The notes below the pieces were generated by a model, which saw only the letters and a list, made by a program, of their open reading frames with translations, was not told the origin of the DNA and searched no databases. Both the position numbers and the translations under genes were made by a program. A DNA stretch of 64,000 nt from Zootoca vivipara (Eukaryota), in assembly GCF_963506605.1 (NCBI RefSeq), contig NC_083279.1, positions 100,502,001 to 100,566,000 of the forward strand. Direction: 5' to 3'. Positions 36,617-48,680 of the stretch are shown here, one piece after another; the first letter of the stretch is position 1, and every line of letters begins with the position of its first letter.

Positions 36617-36753
36617 GGCTGAATAGCTCAGTTGGCTAGAGCATGGTGCTGATAATGCCAAGGTTGCAGGTTCGATCAGCTGCATATTCCTGCATTGCAG
36701 GGGGTTGGACTAGATGATCCTCAAGGTCCCTTCTGACTCTACGACTCTTTGAC
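36617..36753 (+). mobile_element. SINE with tRNA-Ile-derived head and CR1 tail
   Basis: TAGCTCAGTTGGCTAGAGCATGGTGCTGATAATGCCAAGG...GGTTCGATC fused to a CR1 3' end; diverged copy at about 13600-13765. Confidence 0.75.
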
Positions 36754-36969
36754 TGTATACAGAAAGCATCATATATTAGTTGGGCCAGAAACTTCTGCCA
36801 GTCCACCTGATCAATGAAGGCAGGGTGGGCAGGCATAGCTCCCCTCCCAAGGCCAAAAGTCAAGCGTCCCATAGCCACAGAAGCAAAGCATCAAAGCAAG
36901 CCAATTAGCACATGCCGATTAGTAAATGCCGATTAGTGTTGTTTTGACTGCCACTATGGAGTTTACAAA

Positions 36970-37319
36970 GGGACGCAGGTGGTGCTGTGGGTTAAACCAC
37001 AGAGCCTAGAGCTTGCTGATCAGCAGGTCGGCGGTTCAAATCCCTGCTACGGGGTGAGCTCTCGTTGCTTGATCCCTGCTCCTGCCAACCTAGCAGTTCG
37101 AAAGCATGTCAAAGTGCAAGTAGATAAATAGGTACCACTCCGGAGGGAAGGTAAACGGCGTTTCCGTGCGCTGCTCTGGTTTGCCAGAAGCGGCTTAGTC
37201 ATGCTGGCCACATGACCCGGAAGCTGTACGCCGGTTCCCTCGGCCAATAATGCGAGATGAGCGCCGCAACCCCAGAGTCGTCTGCGACTGGACCTAATGG
37301 TCAGGGGTCCCTTTACCTT
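36970..37319 (+). mobile_element. Sauria SINE, full length
   Basis: TSD TATGGAGTTTACAA. Confidence 0.93.
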
Positions 37320-37921
37320 TATGGAGTTTACAAGCCTTTTGGAACATTTTCCCTGTTGAGTTTTTCCATGTTGTCAAGCCCCATTTGCCCCTCACTTCTC
37401 TCTATGTGCAGAAACTGCCTTCTTGAGTGTCAGGACCCACAAATGGTCTTGTCTGGTCCATCTTTCAGAGCCTGTCTTTGCAGGCAGGGGAGGCCCTTAA
37501 CTCACAGAGGATATGAGACCCATTCGGCTCCCCTCACCTGGTTTCGCCAGCCAGTCAAAGGCGTTCCTGGGATTGTGGCCGCCGTTGCATGCTGACCTCT
37601 CCTAGGAACCCATAGGAACAGTTGCTCCCATATACACGGTGATGGCTGCCCTTTTCTTGTGTTTGCAACCAGATTTCCAATTAACCTGTGTCAGAGAAAG
37701 CAATGTCAATAAATCCCTGGAGGCAGATGTCAATTTATGGAAAGTGGGGTCTGTGCACCACAAAACAGGAACTTCCTCTTCATATCCTGTCTCTTATCTT
37801 TCTACCCATTACATAATCCGTACTAAAAGCTTATTATCACATGAATCCGGAACGCAGCAACTGCTGGCAACGTTCTGCACATACAGAAGACTTCTTGGCC
37901 TGTTCACTGGGGCAAGGGGGG

Positions 37922-38090
37922 GGGGCATAGCTCAGTGGCAGAGGAACTGCCTTGCCTGCGGAAGTTCCCAGGTTCAATTCCCGGCACCTCTAGGTAGGTC
38001 TGGGAGAGACTCTTAAATCCTGCAGAGTTAGTGCTGGGTTAGAAGGACCAGTGGTCTATTCAGTATAAGGTAGCTCCTTTGTCTCTGGGG
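37922..38090 (+). mobile_element. tRNA-derived SINE
   Basis: A box TAGCTCAGTGG, B box GGTTCAATTCC, non-tRNA body. Confidence 0.7.
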
Positions 38091-39401
38091 TCCTTCCTAT
38101 GTAGCCCATTAGCCAGTGTTTGATTTGCTGCATTCCAGCCTTGCAGGGGGTTGGACTAGATGACCCTTGGTGTACCTTCCAACTCTACAATTCTATGGTT
38201 TTTTCAGATTTATTTTATATTTTGCCAAAGTAATAACAATAAATAAATAAGAATAAAAATGTGCACTCTCACCTCCGAGAGCCTTCCATTGTAACTACCA
38301 TGTTTTCCCCAAAATAAGACATTGTCTTATATTTATTTTTCCTCAAAAAGACACACTATGGCTTATTTTCAGGGGATGTCTTATTTTTAATCACGCGTCC
38401 AGCCTTGCCTCTTCCTTGGCGCCCTCCAGAACTGCGCCTTTCACTATGTCTTATTTTCGGGGTATGGCTTATATTGCCATAGAAATCCTGCTGTGGCTTA
38501 TTTTATGGGTATGTCTGTTTTACTCACTTCAACATCAATATTTCAACTAGTATGCAGGAGCCAGGAGGCTAAGCCTCACTTTTTACTTTGATGTAAAGCT
38601 CTTTAGTTGCAATTAGATAGATAGTGTTGCCACGGATCTCCGGTCAGTAAAAAAATTTTTTAACTTTCAACAGAGTTTTCTTAATAAAATTTTATAACCT
38701 CTGCATCCATGAGCTTGGAGTTTTTAGTTTGAGCTCCTTTTCAGTCTGAATCTTATTTTATTTATTTGAGATGCAGGGACAAGCTGCTCTTATAAAACGG
38801 AGAGTTTAACACTACTCATTTCAGTCCCTGGGGCGTCTCGCTGCAAGGTTGGCCCACTTTTTAGTGCTGAGCTTCTCCAGTCGTTCTTCTACTCTTGTGC
38901 TTGAAGCTCTGGAAACCCCTTTTTGTGCCCTTTTTGGTCTGAAGTGTCCTCTCAGACCTTTTTGGGAGAAGCCACTTTGCCCTGTGCTTCCCTTGCCTTG
39001 CTGTGATCGGGACGTGCTCAAGCCAGCAGGAACACTTTCCCCCGACCTGATAGTGAGAGTCCTTTGCTGGAAGTCAACAAACCAAATAAAGGTAAAGGTA
39101 AAGGAACCCCTGACCATTAGGTCCAGTTGCAGACGACTCTGGGGTTGTGGCGCTCATCTCACATTATTGGCCGAGGGAGCCGGCGTACAGCTTCCAGGTC
39201 ATGTGGCCAGCATGACTAAGCTGCTTCTGGCGAACCAGAGCAGCGCACGGAAACGCCGTTTACCTTCCCGCCAGAGCGGTACCTATTTATCTACTTGCAC
39301 TTTGACGTGCTTTTCATAGAATCATAGAATCATAGAATCATAGAGTTGGAAGAGACCACAAGGGCCATCCAGTCCAACCCCCTGCCAAGCAGGAAACACC
39401 A

Positions 39402-42323
39402 TCAAAGCATTCCTGACAGATGGCTGTCAAGCCTCTGCTTAAAGACCTCCAAAGAAGGAGACTCCACCACACTCCTTGGCAGCAAATTCCACTGCCGAAC
39501 AGCTCTTACTGTCAGGAAGTTCTTCCTAATGTTTAGGTGGAATTTTCTTTCTTGTAGTTTGAATCCGTTGCTCCGTGTCCGCTTCTCTGGAGCAGCAGAA
39601 AACAACCGTTCTCCCTCCTCTATATGACATCCTTTTATATATTTGAACATGGTTATCATATCACCCCTTAACCTTCTCTTCTCCAGGCTAAACATACCCA
39701 GCTCCCTAAGCCGTTCCTCATAAGGCATCGTTTCCAGGCCTTTGACCATTTTGGTTGCCCTCTTCTGGACACGTTCCAGCTTATCAGTATCCTTCTTGAA
39801 CTGTGGTGCCCAGAACTGGACACAATACTCCAGGTGAGGTCTGACCAGAGCAGAATACAGTGGTACTATTACTTCCCTTGATCTAGATGCTATACTCCTA
39901 TTGATGCAGCCCAGAATTGCATTGGCTTTTTTAGCTGCTGCATCACACTGCTGACTCATGTCAAGTTTGTGGTCAACCAAAACTCCTAGATCCTTTTCAC
40001 ATGTACTGCTCTCAAGCCAGGTGTCTCCCATCCTGTATTTGTGCCTTTCATTTTGTCTGCCCAAGTGTAGTACTTTACATTTCTCCTTGTTAAAATTCAT
40101 CTTGTTTGCTTTGGCCCAGTTGTCAAATCTGTTAAGGTCATTCTGAAGTGTGATCCTGTCCTCTGGGGTGTTAGCCACCCCTCCCAATTTGGTGTCATCT
40201 GCAAACTTGCTCAGGATTCCCTCAAGCCCATCATCCAAGTCATTGATAAAGATGTTGAACAAGACTGGGCCCAAGACAGAACCCTGTGGCACCCCACTAG
40301 TCACTACTCTCCAGGATGAGGAGGAGCCATTGATGAGCACCCTTTGGGTTCGGTCAGTAAGCCAGCTACAAATCCACTGAATGGTAGCATTGTCTAGCCC
40401 ACATTTTACCAGCTTCTTTACAAGAATACCATGGGGCACTTTGTCAAAGGCCTTGCTGAAATCAAGATAGGCTACATCCACAGCGTTCCCTTCATCTACC
40501 AGGCTTGTAATTCTGTCAAAAAATGAGATCAGATTAGTCTGACATGACTTATTTTTCAGGAACCCATGCTGACTTTTAGTGATCACAGAGTTTCTTTCTA
40601 GGTGCTCACAGACCGTTTGCTTAATGATCTGCTCTAGAATCTTTCCTGGTATTGATGTCAGGCTGACTGGGCGGTAATTGTTTGGGTCCTCTCTTTTCCC
40701 CTTTTTGAAAATAGGGACAACATTTGCCCTCCTCCAGTCTGCTGGAACTTCGCCTGTTCTCCAGGAATTTTCAAAGATTATTGCCAGTGGTTCTGAAATC
40801 ACCTCTGCCAGTTCTTTTAATACTCTTGGATGTAGTTCATCTGGCCCTGGAGACTTGAATACATCTAAACTAGCCAAGTATTCTTGTACTACCTCCTTAC
40901 TTATTCTGGGCTGTGTTTCCCCTGCTGAATCATCTGCTCCATATTCTTCAGGTCGGGCGTTTTTTTCTTTCTTGGAGAAGACTGAGGCAAAGAAGGCATT
41001 GAGGAGTTCTGCCCTTTCTCTGTCCCCTGTTTGCATTTCACCATCTTCTCCTCTGAGTGACCCCACTGTTTCCTTGTTTTTCCTTTTGCTACGGACATAC
41101 CCATAAAAGCCCTTTTTGTTGCTTTTAACCTCTCTGGCGAGCCTGAGTTCATTCTGTGCTTTAGCTTTTCTGACTTTGTCTCTACACGTGCTGGCTATAT
41201 GTTTGAATTCCTCTCTGGAGATTTCCCCCCTTTTCCATTTTTTGTACATATCCCTTTTAAATCTTAACTCAGTCAAAAGTTCTTTAGATAGCCAGCCTGG
41301 CTTCTTTAGGCACCTTCCATGTTTCCGTCTCATTGGTATTGCCTGAAGTTGTGCTTTTAATATCTCCCTTTTAACAAACTCCCAACCATCGTGAACTCCC
41401 TTCCCTTTTAGTATTACTGTCCATGGGATTTCACCCAGCGTTTCCCTAAGTTTTCTGAAGTCGGCTTTCTTAAAGTCTAGAATTTGGACCTTAGTATGCT
41501 TGGTTGCTCCTTTCCGCTGGATAATAAACTCCAGAAGAGCATGGTCACTCCCACCTAATGATCCTGCCACTTCTACCCCACTAACCAAGTCATCACTATT
41601 GGTTAGGACCAGATCTAAAATGGCTGATCCTCTTGTTGCTTCTCCCACTTTCTGGACAATGAAGTTGTCTGCAAGGCCAGTGAGGAATCTGTTCGACCTT
41701 ATGCTCTTGGCTGAGTTTGACATCCAACAAATATCAGGATAGTTGAAATCCCCCATTACTACTATCTCACTTCCTTTGGAATGCTTGGCCATCTGTTCCA
41801 GGAAGGCATCATCTGTGTCCTCAGTTTGGCTTGGGGATCTATAGTAAACTCCCACAATGAGATCACTGTTGTTTTTCTCTCCCTTAATTTTGACCCAGAT
41901 ACTCTCAATTTGGCTTTGAAGTTTTAAATCCTGGATCTCTTCACAGGTATACATATCCCTAACATATAAAGCTACTCCTCCTCCTTTCCTGTTTGGTCTA
42001 TTTCTCTTAAATAGATTGTATCCCTCTATTACTACATTCCAGTCATGAGACTCATCCCACCAGGTTTCAGTGATGCCTATTATGTCATATTTAGTTTGCT
42101 GTACCAAGAGCTCAAGTTCATCTTGTTTATTTCCCATGCTCTGTGCATTAGTATACAGACATTGAAGACCGTTGATCATTCCCCCATGTCTCTTATTTAA
42201 GGATATTTTCGTCCCACCACTAGGTCTGCATGCTGCTTGCTCCATTTGGTCCTTGACATTCGGATGATCATCTTCAGCATTTGATAGACTCCTACCTTCA
42301 GGACCACTGTCTCCCTCCCCCAC
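39402..42323 (-). CDS. CR1 ORF2: AP endonuclease + reverse transcriptase (973 aa)
   Basis: GITETWW, MGDFN, SDH; [24 protein letters not shown]; uninterrupted. Confidence 0.96.
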   Translation of the reverse strand: MGEGDSGPEGRSLSNAEDDHPNVKDQMEQAACRPSGGTKISLNKRHGGMINGLQCLYTNAQSMGNKQDELELLVQQTKYDIIGITETWWDESHDWNVVIEGYNLFKRNRPNRKGGGVALYVRDMYTCEEIQDLKLQSQIESIWVKIKGEKNNSDLIVGVYYRSPSQTEDTDDAFLEQMAKHSKGSEIVVMGDFNYPDICWMSNSAKSIRSNRFLTGLADNFIVQKVGEATRGSAILDLVLTNSDDLVSGVEVAGSLGGSDHALLEFIIQRKGATKHTKVQILDFKKADFRKLRETLGEIPWTVILKGKGVHDGWEFVKREILKAQLQAIPMRRKHGRCLKKPGWLSKELLTELRFKRDMYKKWKRGEISREEFKHIASTCRDKVRKAKAQNELRLAREVKSNKKGFYGYVRSKRKNKETVGSLRGEDGEMQTGDRERAELLNAFFASVFSKKEKNARPEEYGADDSAGETQPRISKEVVQEYLASLDVFKSPGPDELHPRVLKELAEVISEPLAIIFENSWRTGEVPADWRRANVVPIFKKGKREDPNNYRPVSLTSIPGKILEQIIKQTVCEHLERNSVITKSQHGFLKNKSCQTNLISFFDRITSLVDEGNAVDVAYLDFSKAFDKVPHGILVKKLVKCGLDNATIQWICSWLTDRTQRVLINGSSSSWRVVTSGVPQGSVLGPVLFNIFINDLDDGLEGILSKFADDTKLGGVANTPEDRITLQNDLNRFDNWAKANKMNFNKEKCKVLHLGRQNERHKYRMGDTWLESSTCEKDLGVLVDHKLDMSQQCDAAAKKANAILGCINRSIASRSREVIVPLYSALVRPHLEYCVQFWAPQFKKDTDKLERVQKRATKMVKGLETMPYEERLRELGMFSLEKRRLRGDMITMFKYIKGCHIEEGERLFSAAPEKRTRSNGFKLQERKFHLNIRKNFLTVRAVRQWNLLPRSVVESPSLEVFKQRLDSHLSGML

Positions 42324-42328
42324 ATAAG

Positions 42329-43369
42329 TCAGTTTAAAGCCCTCCTGATGAGGTTTTTGAGTTTCGTGGCAAAAACATTCCTCCCAACTTTTGTGAGGTG
42401 CAGTCCATCACTTGCCAGAAGTCCATCTTCAAGAAACTGCAGACCGTGATCTAGGAATCCAAACCGTTCCTGTTTGCACCATTTGCGAAGCCAGTTGTTC
42501 ACTTCCCCTATTTTTCCCTCTCTCCCTGGGCCATGTCGTTCAACTGGGAGGACAGAAGAGATGACAATTTGTGCATCTAATTGCTTCAACTTCCTGCCCA
42601 GAGCCTCATAATCATTTTTGATCTTCTGTAAGCTATGGCTTGCAGTGTCATTGGTTCCCACATGCACCAAAAGGAAGGGGTATTTGTCGGTGGGTTTTAT
42701 GATTCCTTGCAGCCGTTCTGTTACATCTTCGATCTTGGCCCCAGGTAGACAGCACACCTCTCGAGACATCTTGTCAGGCCCACAGATTACTGCTTCTGTA
42801 CCCCTCAGTATGGAATCCCCAATCACCACTACTCGCCTCTTCATAGGCTTGGTTGGGATTCTTCCATGTGCTGTCCCTTCCAAGGTTACCTGCATATTCC
42901 CAGAGGACTGACTTGGTTGCTCGTCTTCATATTCCTCATCAACTGTGATGAGGGAGAGATCCTCAGGTGGAGTCTGTTTCTCGTCTTCCATGAGCACTTC
43001 AAAACGGTTGTGTAATTCTAAGCACTCAGAGCGATCCCTGGGCCTTCTACTTCTATGAGTCACGTTCCTCCATACATCTGGCTGCTGTGTTGGGGAACTG
43101 ACCTCCTCCTCAGGGAGATCCCCTGTCTCATCCTTGGTGCAGACAGTGTGCTCTGCTGCATCCAAGAAAAGCTCCAGCTCTTTAATTCTCTGGAGCGTAG
43201 ATACACGCCCCTGAAGCTGCTGCACCTTCTCTTCCAGAAGGGCAACCTTGTTTTCTAGTAGGGCAACCAACTTGCAATTGTTGCAGGTGTAGCTACCCAC
43301 ATCTTTTGGCAAGAAAACAAACATTGCACAGGAATTGCAGGTGACAATGCTTGTTCCCTCCACCTCCAT
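42329..43369 (-). CDS. CR1 ORF1: Zn finger/coiled coil + SGNH esterase (346 aa)
   Basis: CxxC...CxxC, leucine heptads, GDS, GTND and DGLH motifs. Confidence 0.94.
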   Translation of the reverse strand: MEVEGTSIVTCNSCAMFVFLPKDVGSYTCNNCKLVALLENKVALLEEKVQQLQGRVSTLQRIKELELFLDAAEHTVCTKDETGDLPEEEVSSPTQQPDVWRNVTHRSRRPRDRSECLELHNRFEVLMEDEKQTPPEDLSLITVDEEYEDEQPSQSSGNMQVTLEGTAHGRIPTKPMKRRVVVIGDSILRGTEAVICGPDKMSREVCCLPGAKIEDVTERLQGIIKPTDKYPFLLVHVGTNDTASHSLQKIKNDYEALGRKLKQLDAQIVISSVLPVERHGPGREGKIGEVNNWLRKWCKQERFGFLDHGLQFLEDGLLASDGLHLTKVGRNVFATKLKNLIRRALN

Positions 43370-43492
43370 CTTGAAAACCTTGAGGTCAAACGGGAAAGAG
43401 GAAGAGGCCTAGGCCCCCCCTAACAAACGTGTGAGACTTGCTGCCCTAGATCAAAAAGATGGTTCAAACTGCGCGCGCCGCTAGGCGCGCGC

Positions 43493-44095
43493 CGCTGCAC
43501 TCCAAGCTCTGACTAGCTCCGCCCACAGCTAATCACCTGAACTTCCTGACTCACACTTCTAGGTGAAAGGTCACAGCCAGAAACAAACAAGGTCACAGCC
43601 AGAAACAAACACCCACACAAGCCTGAACAGTCACCCAAATCCAAGAGGCAGCAGCCCTAGAAAACCAGCACAGGCACACAAACAAGTAAGAAAACAGATA
43701 AGCACACAAACTTACTCACACACAGCCCCAAAAGACAAAGCCACAAAACCTACAGAGTGTCTCCCAAGCTCAGCTCACCTTCTGCTCCTTCCTCAGTCGC
43801 TGCACTCCAAGCTCTGACTAGCTCCGCCCACAGCTAATCACCTGAACTTCCTGACTCACACTTCTAGGTGAAAGGTCACAGCCAGAAACAAACAAGGTCA
43901 CAGCCAGAAACAAACACCCACACAAGCCTGAACAGTCACCCAAATCCAAGAGGCAGCAGCCCTAGAAAACCAGCACAAGCACACAAACAAGTAAGAAAAC
44001 AGATAAGCACACAAACTTACTCACACACAGCCCCAAAAGACAAAGCCACAAAACCTACAGAGTGTCTCCCAAGCTCAGCTCACCTTCTGCTCCTC
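43493..44095 (-). repeat. Two tandem 305-bp monomers in the CR1 5' UTR
   Basis: 43493-43797 repeated at 43798-44095, nearly identical. Confidence 0.95.
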
Positions 44096-44312
44096 AACTG
44101 CTAGGTTGGCAGGAGCAGGGGCCGAGCAATGGGAGCTCACCCCATCGCATGGATTCAAACCGCCGACCTTCTGATCGGCAAGCCCTAGGCTCTGTGGTTT
44201 AACCACAGCGCCACCTGCATCCCCAACAAACCAAATATTCCTTGTTTATTTGATTTAATCTGACTGGTGTTAAATACCATGTCCAAACTAAGTCATACTA
44301 ATTTTCTGATAA

Positions 44313-44765
44313 TCCTATATAATAAAGTCCCTGTGTCTCTGCGTCCAGTCCCTGTGTCCCTGTGTCCACGCTACTGCGCATGTGCCCCACGGACATAGGG
44401 ATTGGATGCAGAGACTTGGAGTGCAGAGACCGGCCCCTCCTCCGCCTCCTCCCGCTGTCCTGAGTGGCGACGGCCTCCTCCACCTCCCTTCTCCTGAGGA
44501 GAAGTAAGAGGTCTCTGCCGCCGCCTCCCGCAGCGCACCTCAGGTAAGCACGCCGCCCCTCGCTCTCCCGCCTCACCGCTCCGTATCACTCCGCCGCAGC
44601 AGGGAGGTGGAGGAGGCCGTCGCCACTCGGGACAGCGGGAGGAGGCGGAGGAGGGGCCGGTGGGCCTCAGGCGCTCGACAGAGGTGACGCCTGCGCAGTC
44701 CTAGGGCTTCCCCTCCGTTCCCGCCCGGCTAGCGCCCGTTTACTGAATGGGCTGAATGACACTAG
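44313..44765 (+). mobile_element. Non-autonomous Helitron
   Basis: 5' A|TCCTATATAATAAA, 3' CTAG|T, subterminal hairpin GCCCGTT-TACTG-AATGGGC (44734-44752), no TSD. Confidence 0.88.
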
Positions 44766-44866
44766 TTCTATGATAATTCTATGCTTCTACGATTCCTGGA
44801 GATCACACCGTAATACGGAGCTGGTTTCCTTTCAATTCCAGATCATGACGCAGCGCCCAAGGCAGG

Positions 44867-45838
44867 ATGGAACCTCCCCAGCCAGACGCTCCCAATGCCT
44901 CCTTCTACCAGCCTTCCGTGCTCCTCTTGATGGGCATCCCTGGAATGGGCAGGAGCCACCATAGACTCATCTCCATCCCCTTCTGCTTGCTTTACTTTGT
45001 GGCCCTCTTGGGAAACTGCCTCATCCTCTTCATCATTGGCAGAACAGCCAGTCTCCATGAGCCCATGTATTACTTCCTCTCCATGTTGGCCCTCATGGAC
45101 CTGGGCCTGGTCCTGTGCACCCTCCCGACCACGCTAGGCATCTTCTGGTTCGACGTCAGGGCGATTGGCTTCGATGCCTGCCTCACCCAGATGTATTTCA
45201 TCCATGCCGTCTCCATCCTGGAGTCCTCGGTGCTCCTGGCCATGGCCTTTGACCGCTTTGTGGCCATCTCATGCCCCCTGAGGTACAAAGCCATCTTGAC
45301 AAAGCCCACCATTGTCAAGATAGGCCTGGCCATGTTGGCGAGGGCGGCCGTCTCCCTGCTCCCCATCCCTTTTCTGCTCAGGAGGCTGACGTACTGCAGC
45401 AAAAACAGCCTCTCCCACTCCTTTTGCTTGCATCCCGACATCATGAAGCTGGCCTGCAAAGACGACATCAGCATCAACATTCTGTACGGCTTAATCGTCA
45501 TTCTTTCAACCGTTGGCATAGATTCGCTCCTCATTGCGCTGTCTTATTTCCTGATCATCAGGACCGTCCTCAAGGTGGGTCCCAAGGGGAAATGCCTGAA
45601 GGCTTTGAATACCTGCGTCTCTCACATCTGTGCCGCCCTCATTTTTTTCATCCCCATGATTGGCCTATCCATCATCCATCGATTTGGCGAGGATGTGGAC
45701 CCTCTTGTAAAAGCCATGGTTGCCTACGTCTACCTGATAGTGCCCCCCGCTTTGAACCCTATCATTTACAGTATTAAATCGAAGCAGATCCGGAAGGCTC
45801 TCTGGAAGTTGTTGCTTTGGAAGGCAGTCCCTCTTTGA
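44867..45838 (+). CDS. Class I olfactory receptor, OR51 family (323 aa, intact)
   Basis: LHEPMYYFL, MAFDRFVAI, CLHPD, KALNTCVSH, IHRFG, PPALNPIIY; acceptor TTCCAG at 44841. Confidence 0.95.
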   Translation: MEPPQPDAPNASFYQPSVLLLMGIPGMGRSHHRLISIPFCLLYFVALLGNCLILFIIGRTASLHEPMYYFLSMLALMDLGLVLCTLPTTLGIFWFDVRAIGFDACLTQMYFIHAVSILESSVLLAMAFDRFVAISCPLRYKAILTKPTIVKIGLAMLARAAVSLLPIPFLLRRLTYCSKNSLSHSFCLHPDIMKLACKDDISINILYGLIVILSTVGIDSLLIALSYFLIIRTVLKVGPKGKCLKALNTCVSHICAALIFFIPMIGLSIIHRFGEDVDPLVKAMVAYVYLIVPPALNPIIYSIKSKQIRKALWKLLLWKAVPL

Positions 45839-46094
45839 AACAGAGCAGATAGGTCCACCAGTAACTGTTTCAGTTTAGTTCAGCCGTTGTGAAACTAGCC
45901 ATGTTGTGCTTCCCAGGACAGCTTTGTATCCTGTGGAGCTGCCTGCACCCAATTTTAGCAAAGGAAACCATCACAATGATTGACATCTCCACCGATTTGC
46001 AAAAATGGCTGAAGCAAACTGGAAGATCAGAACGTGTCATTGTGAACCTGGCGCCGTCTTCCACCTGAAGGGCTCTCACTTGGAATGTGGAGCA

Positions 46095-46366
46095 AGCTTC
46101 TTTTCTGCTGCTCCACAGGGGAGGATTCAAATGTCCAGAAAGGAGACTCCAACTACGGTAAATACTAGGAAGAACTCATAGCCATTCAACAGTGGAACAG
46201 ACTCCCTCGGAAGGTGGTGGACTCTCCTTCCTTGGAGGTTTTTAAGCAGAGGTTGGATGGACATCTGTCATGGATGCTCTAGCTGTGATTCCTGCATTGC
46301 AGGGGGTTGGACTAGATGACCTTTGGGGTCCCTTCCAACTCTGCAATTCTACGATTCCATGATTCT
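46095..46366 (+). mobile_element. CR1 3' fragment
   Basis: CR1 terminal region and octamer-like tail. Confidence 0.8.
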
Positions 46367-47959
46367 GCGAAGCATGCCTTCAATTCAACCCCAAACTGTA
46401 GCATTCGCAATGCTTCTTGCTTAGGTGCATCCAGGCAGTTTTTCTGTTTTGTATTTAGGTTCTGATTTACGTCTTGAGAAGTGAAAAATGTGCCAAACTT
46501 TGTATTTTGGGTAGATTAAACAAATTAATCTTTGGCTGTGTCTCACACAATGCTTTGGAACACACTTTACTGTGCCGAGATTTTCAAGCGGGTCTTTGAA
46601 CATTTCTCTAAGGGAACAAATCACAGAAGGGAGAGACAACACCTTGTCGGTGAAATCTGCTTCCTGGTGCATAAAGCAAGGTGTCTGTCTCTGGGTCAGA
46701 TTATCACACACCTGCCCAAACAAATGAAGTCTGGCTCACCTAAGAGGCTACAGGGCTCACAGCCCACAACTGGCCACGTCACCGCTATTTCCTGTGTTTT
46801 CATCAGTAGGTCAAGTACCACGTTTTCCTGCTGCCTAGAATGGACATGCAGGGGAATGTGGCTCCAAACAGGGAGGATTTCTTGCCATACCTGTTGGGAG
46901 CAACTTCCTCCTGACTATCACCAGGTTGATGGGTGTGACCCTACCTGCTGCAAATAAAAGACCTGCTTCTCCCTTTTCTCCTTCTGGATCTCCACTGCTC
47001 CTGGCTCTTAGCCAGCGCACGGCTCATCCTTTACAAAGGATGGAGCCCACAAGTAGCAAGGCTGAGATTTAGCACAGACTTCCTTTTCTCTGCAGATGAA
47101 ACTGTGACCACAAGATGAAGCCTGCCTTCAGATTACGGCTTGTTATTTTCAAGAAGTCTGTGTTGTGTTATTCTTATTTTAAGAGGGAAGGAAAGGGGAA
47201 ATTGACCAGGAAGAATCCACTTTCCACAAGGCAGACTGGATTGCGCTTAATTAAAAGATTCCAATGAGTCATCAACTGCTTCCAACAAGTTGCAAGGGGA
47301 TGTTGCAAGGGAACTAGCATGAGTGAGGAGGCATCATATCAAAACAATAAACCCTCTCCTACCTTCCTAAGCATTCCCACACAATGAGTCGGTGGGATTG
47401 CTTCCTCCTGCCTTGGATAGAAGAGGCTGGGACCCCTGAAGACCCCTGTGTATCCTGGAGGGAATGCTGAGAATCCCCGTTTCTGATGGAGTGAGCCCTG
47501 AATGTGTGGGGGTCACCTGGAGAACTCTCCTCACCCACTTTTATATAACCAGGGAAAGGGGTTGGGTCATGAATAACAGAGAGACTGTGTGGTGCCAGGG
47601 GCGTACCCAGGATCAAAACGGGGGGGGGGGGCAAGAGAGGGGAAGAGAGAGGGCAGGAAGGAGGGAGGGAAGAGTGTCTGCAGCTGCCCCGGCAATCTGC
47701 AGCTGCCCCCCCCCCCTAAATCCATAAATAAATAAATAGAAAGCTGCTGTTCTGCCAAGCGAGAGAGGGCTCAGCTGGGTGGACTCAGCTTTGCAAGGGT
47801 TAAAGGGAACTGAGCTGCCTTCCTAGAGAGGACAGGAAGCAAGGGGGGGTCTAAGTCCTCCAGAGCCAAGGCCCCTCCCTCCATACCTGTCAAGTTCTCC
47901 CCTTTTTTTAGGGGAAATTCCCTTATGCTGAAAACTTGACAGCTATGCCTCCTTCCCCA

Positions 47960-48240
47960 GTCCTAGAGCGCCGCTGGGTGAGGAGGAGGAGGAGGAGGAG
48001 AGTCCACCACCTGCCCATCTCACCGCCCCCCCCCGCAGCTGGAGGACCATGCTAGGGAAAGAGGCTTCCCGAACTTCCTGCCCCACGTTCCTCAACTTCC
48101 GGCTGCCGAGCGAGCGCGCCAAGTTCGAGGAGCGAGGAGAGAGCAGGAGCACGTGGAGTCCGGGGCGGAGGAGGAAAGGCGCTGGGTTTGGAGAGCCGGC
48201 CCAGGGGGCGCTTGCAGGGTCCCCTTGCTCGTGAGTAGGA
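47960..48240 (+). promoter_or_regulatory. CpG-rich promoter and non-coding exon 1 of the zinc-finger gene
   Basis: CpG-dense, ETS motifs ACTTCCTG/ACTTCCGG, GC boxes, donor CTC|GTGAGT at 48230/48231. Confidence 0.65.
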
Positions 48241-48512
48241 GCACGGCGGTCCTCCCTTCCCTTGTACTGCTGGCTGCCCTGGTTCCTCTCTCTCCCTGGA
48301 ATCGCGCCCTGTGTGTGTGTAACATTACGGGGAGGGAGGGGGAAGCCTCCCTTCGCTATCCTCCTCCTCCTTTGAGGCGGTGGGCTTCTTCTCCGTCCCG
48401 TCCCCCACCAATAAGGTCCCTAGGGGTTGTAAAGCAAGCCAGGCCATTTAGCACCGACCTCATTCATTTCCAGCAGCTGGCTCACTTCAAGCCCTGTGAA
48501 AAATATCATCAC

Positions 48513-48560
<48 letters not shown>

Positions 48561-48561
<1 letters not shown>

Positions 48562-48680
48562 TACAGGTAGGTAGCCATGTTGGTCTGATGCAGTCAAAAC
48601 AAAATAAAAAAATCCTTCCAGTAGCACCTATGACAAACTTAGTTGGTCTCTAAGGTGTGCTACTGGAAGGATTTTATTAT
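48561..48680. mobile_element. Short degenerate Penelope-like fold-back
   Basis: TACAGGTAGGTAGCC..GTTGGTCTG end as at 60916 and 62781; inverted AATCCTTCCAGTAGCAC / GTGCTACTGGAAGGATT. Confidence 0.75.

Larger units (their letters stand above)
39314..44095 (-). mobile_element. Full-length CR1 LINE with intact ORFs
   Basis: 5' UTR monomers, ORF1, ORF2 and (TTCTATGA)n tail. Confidence 0.97.
39089..44223 (-). mobile_element. Sauria SINE split by the CR1 (halves 39089-39313 and 44096-44223)
   Basis: The halves rejoin as GTGCTTT..AACTGCTAGG; 14-bp TSD CAACAAACCAAATA (39075-39088, 44224-44237). Confidence 0.92.

Noticed and set aside
36617-36690. tRNA-Ile gene; also tRNA-like heads at 34141 and 37922
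   Set aside because: Acceptor and T stems are incomplete and fused to SINE bodies; no Pol III terminator.
38520-39075. Possible L1 5' UTR on the minus strand
   Set aside because: Impression only; no ORF1 or diagnostic boundary.
46397-47035. Possible solo LTR (similar hints at 24641-25801, 49560-50150, 63070-63652)
   Set aside because: Poly(A)/TATA-like signals in some, but no matching TSD or second copy.
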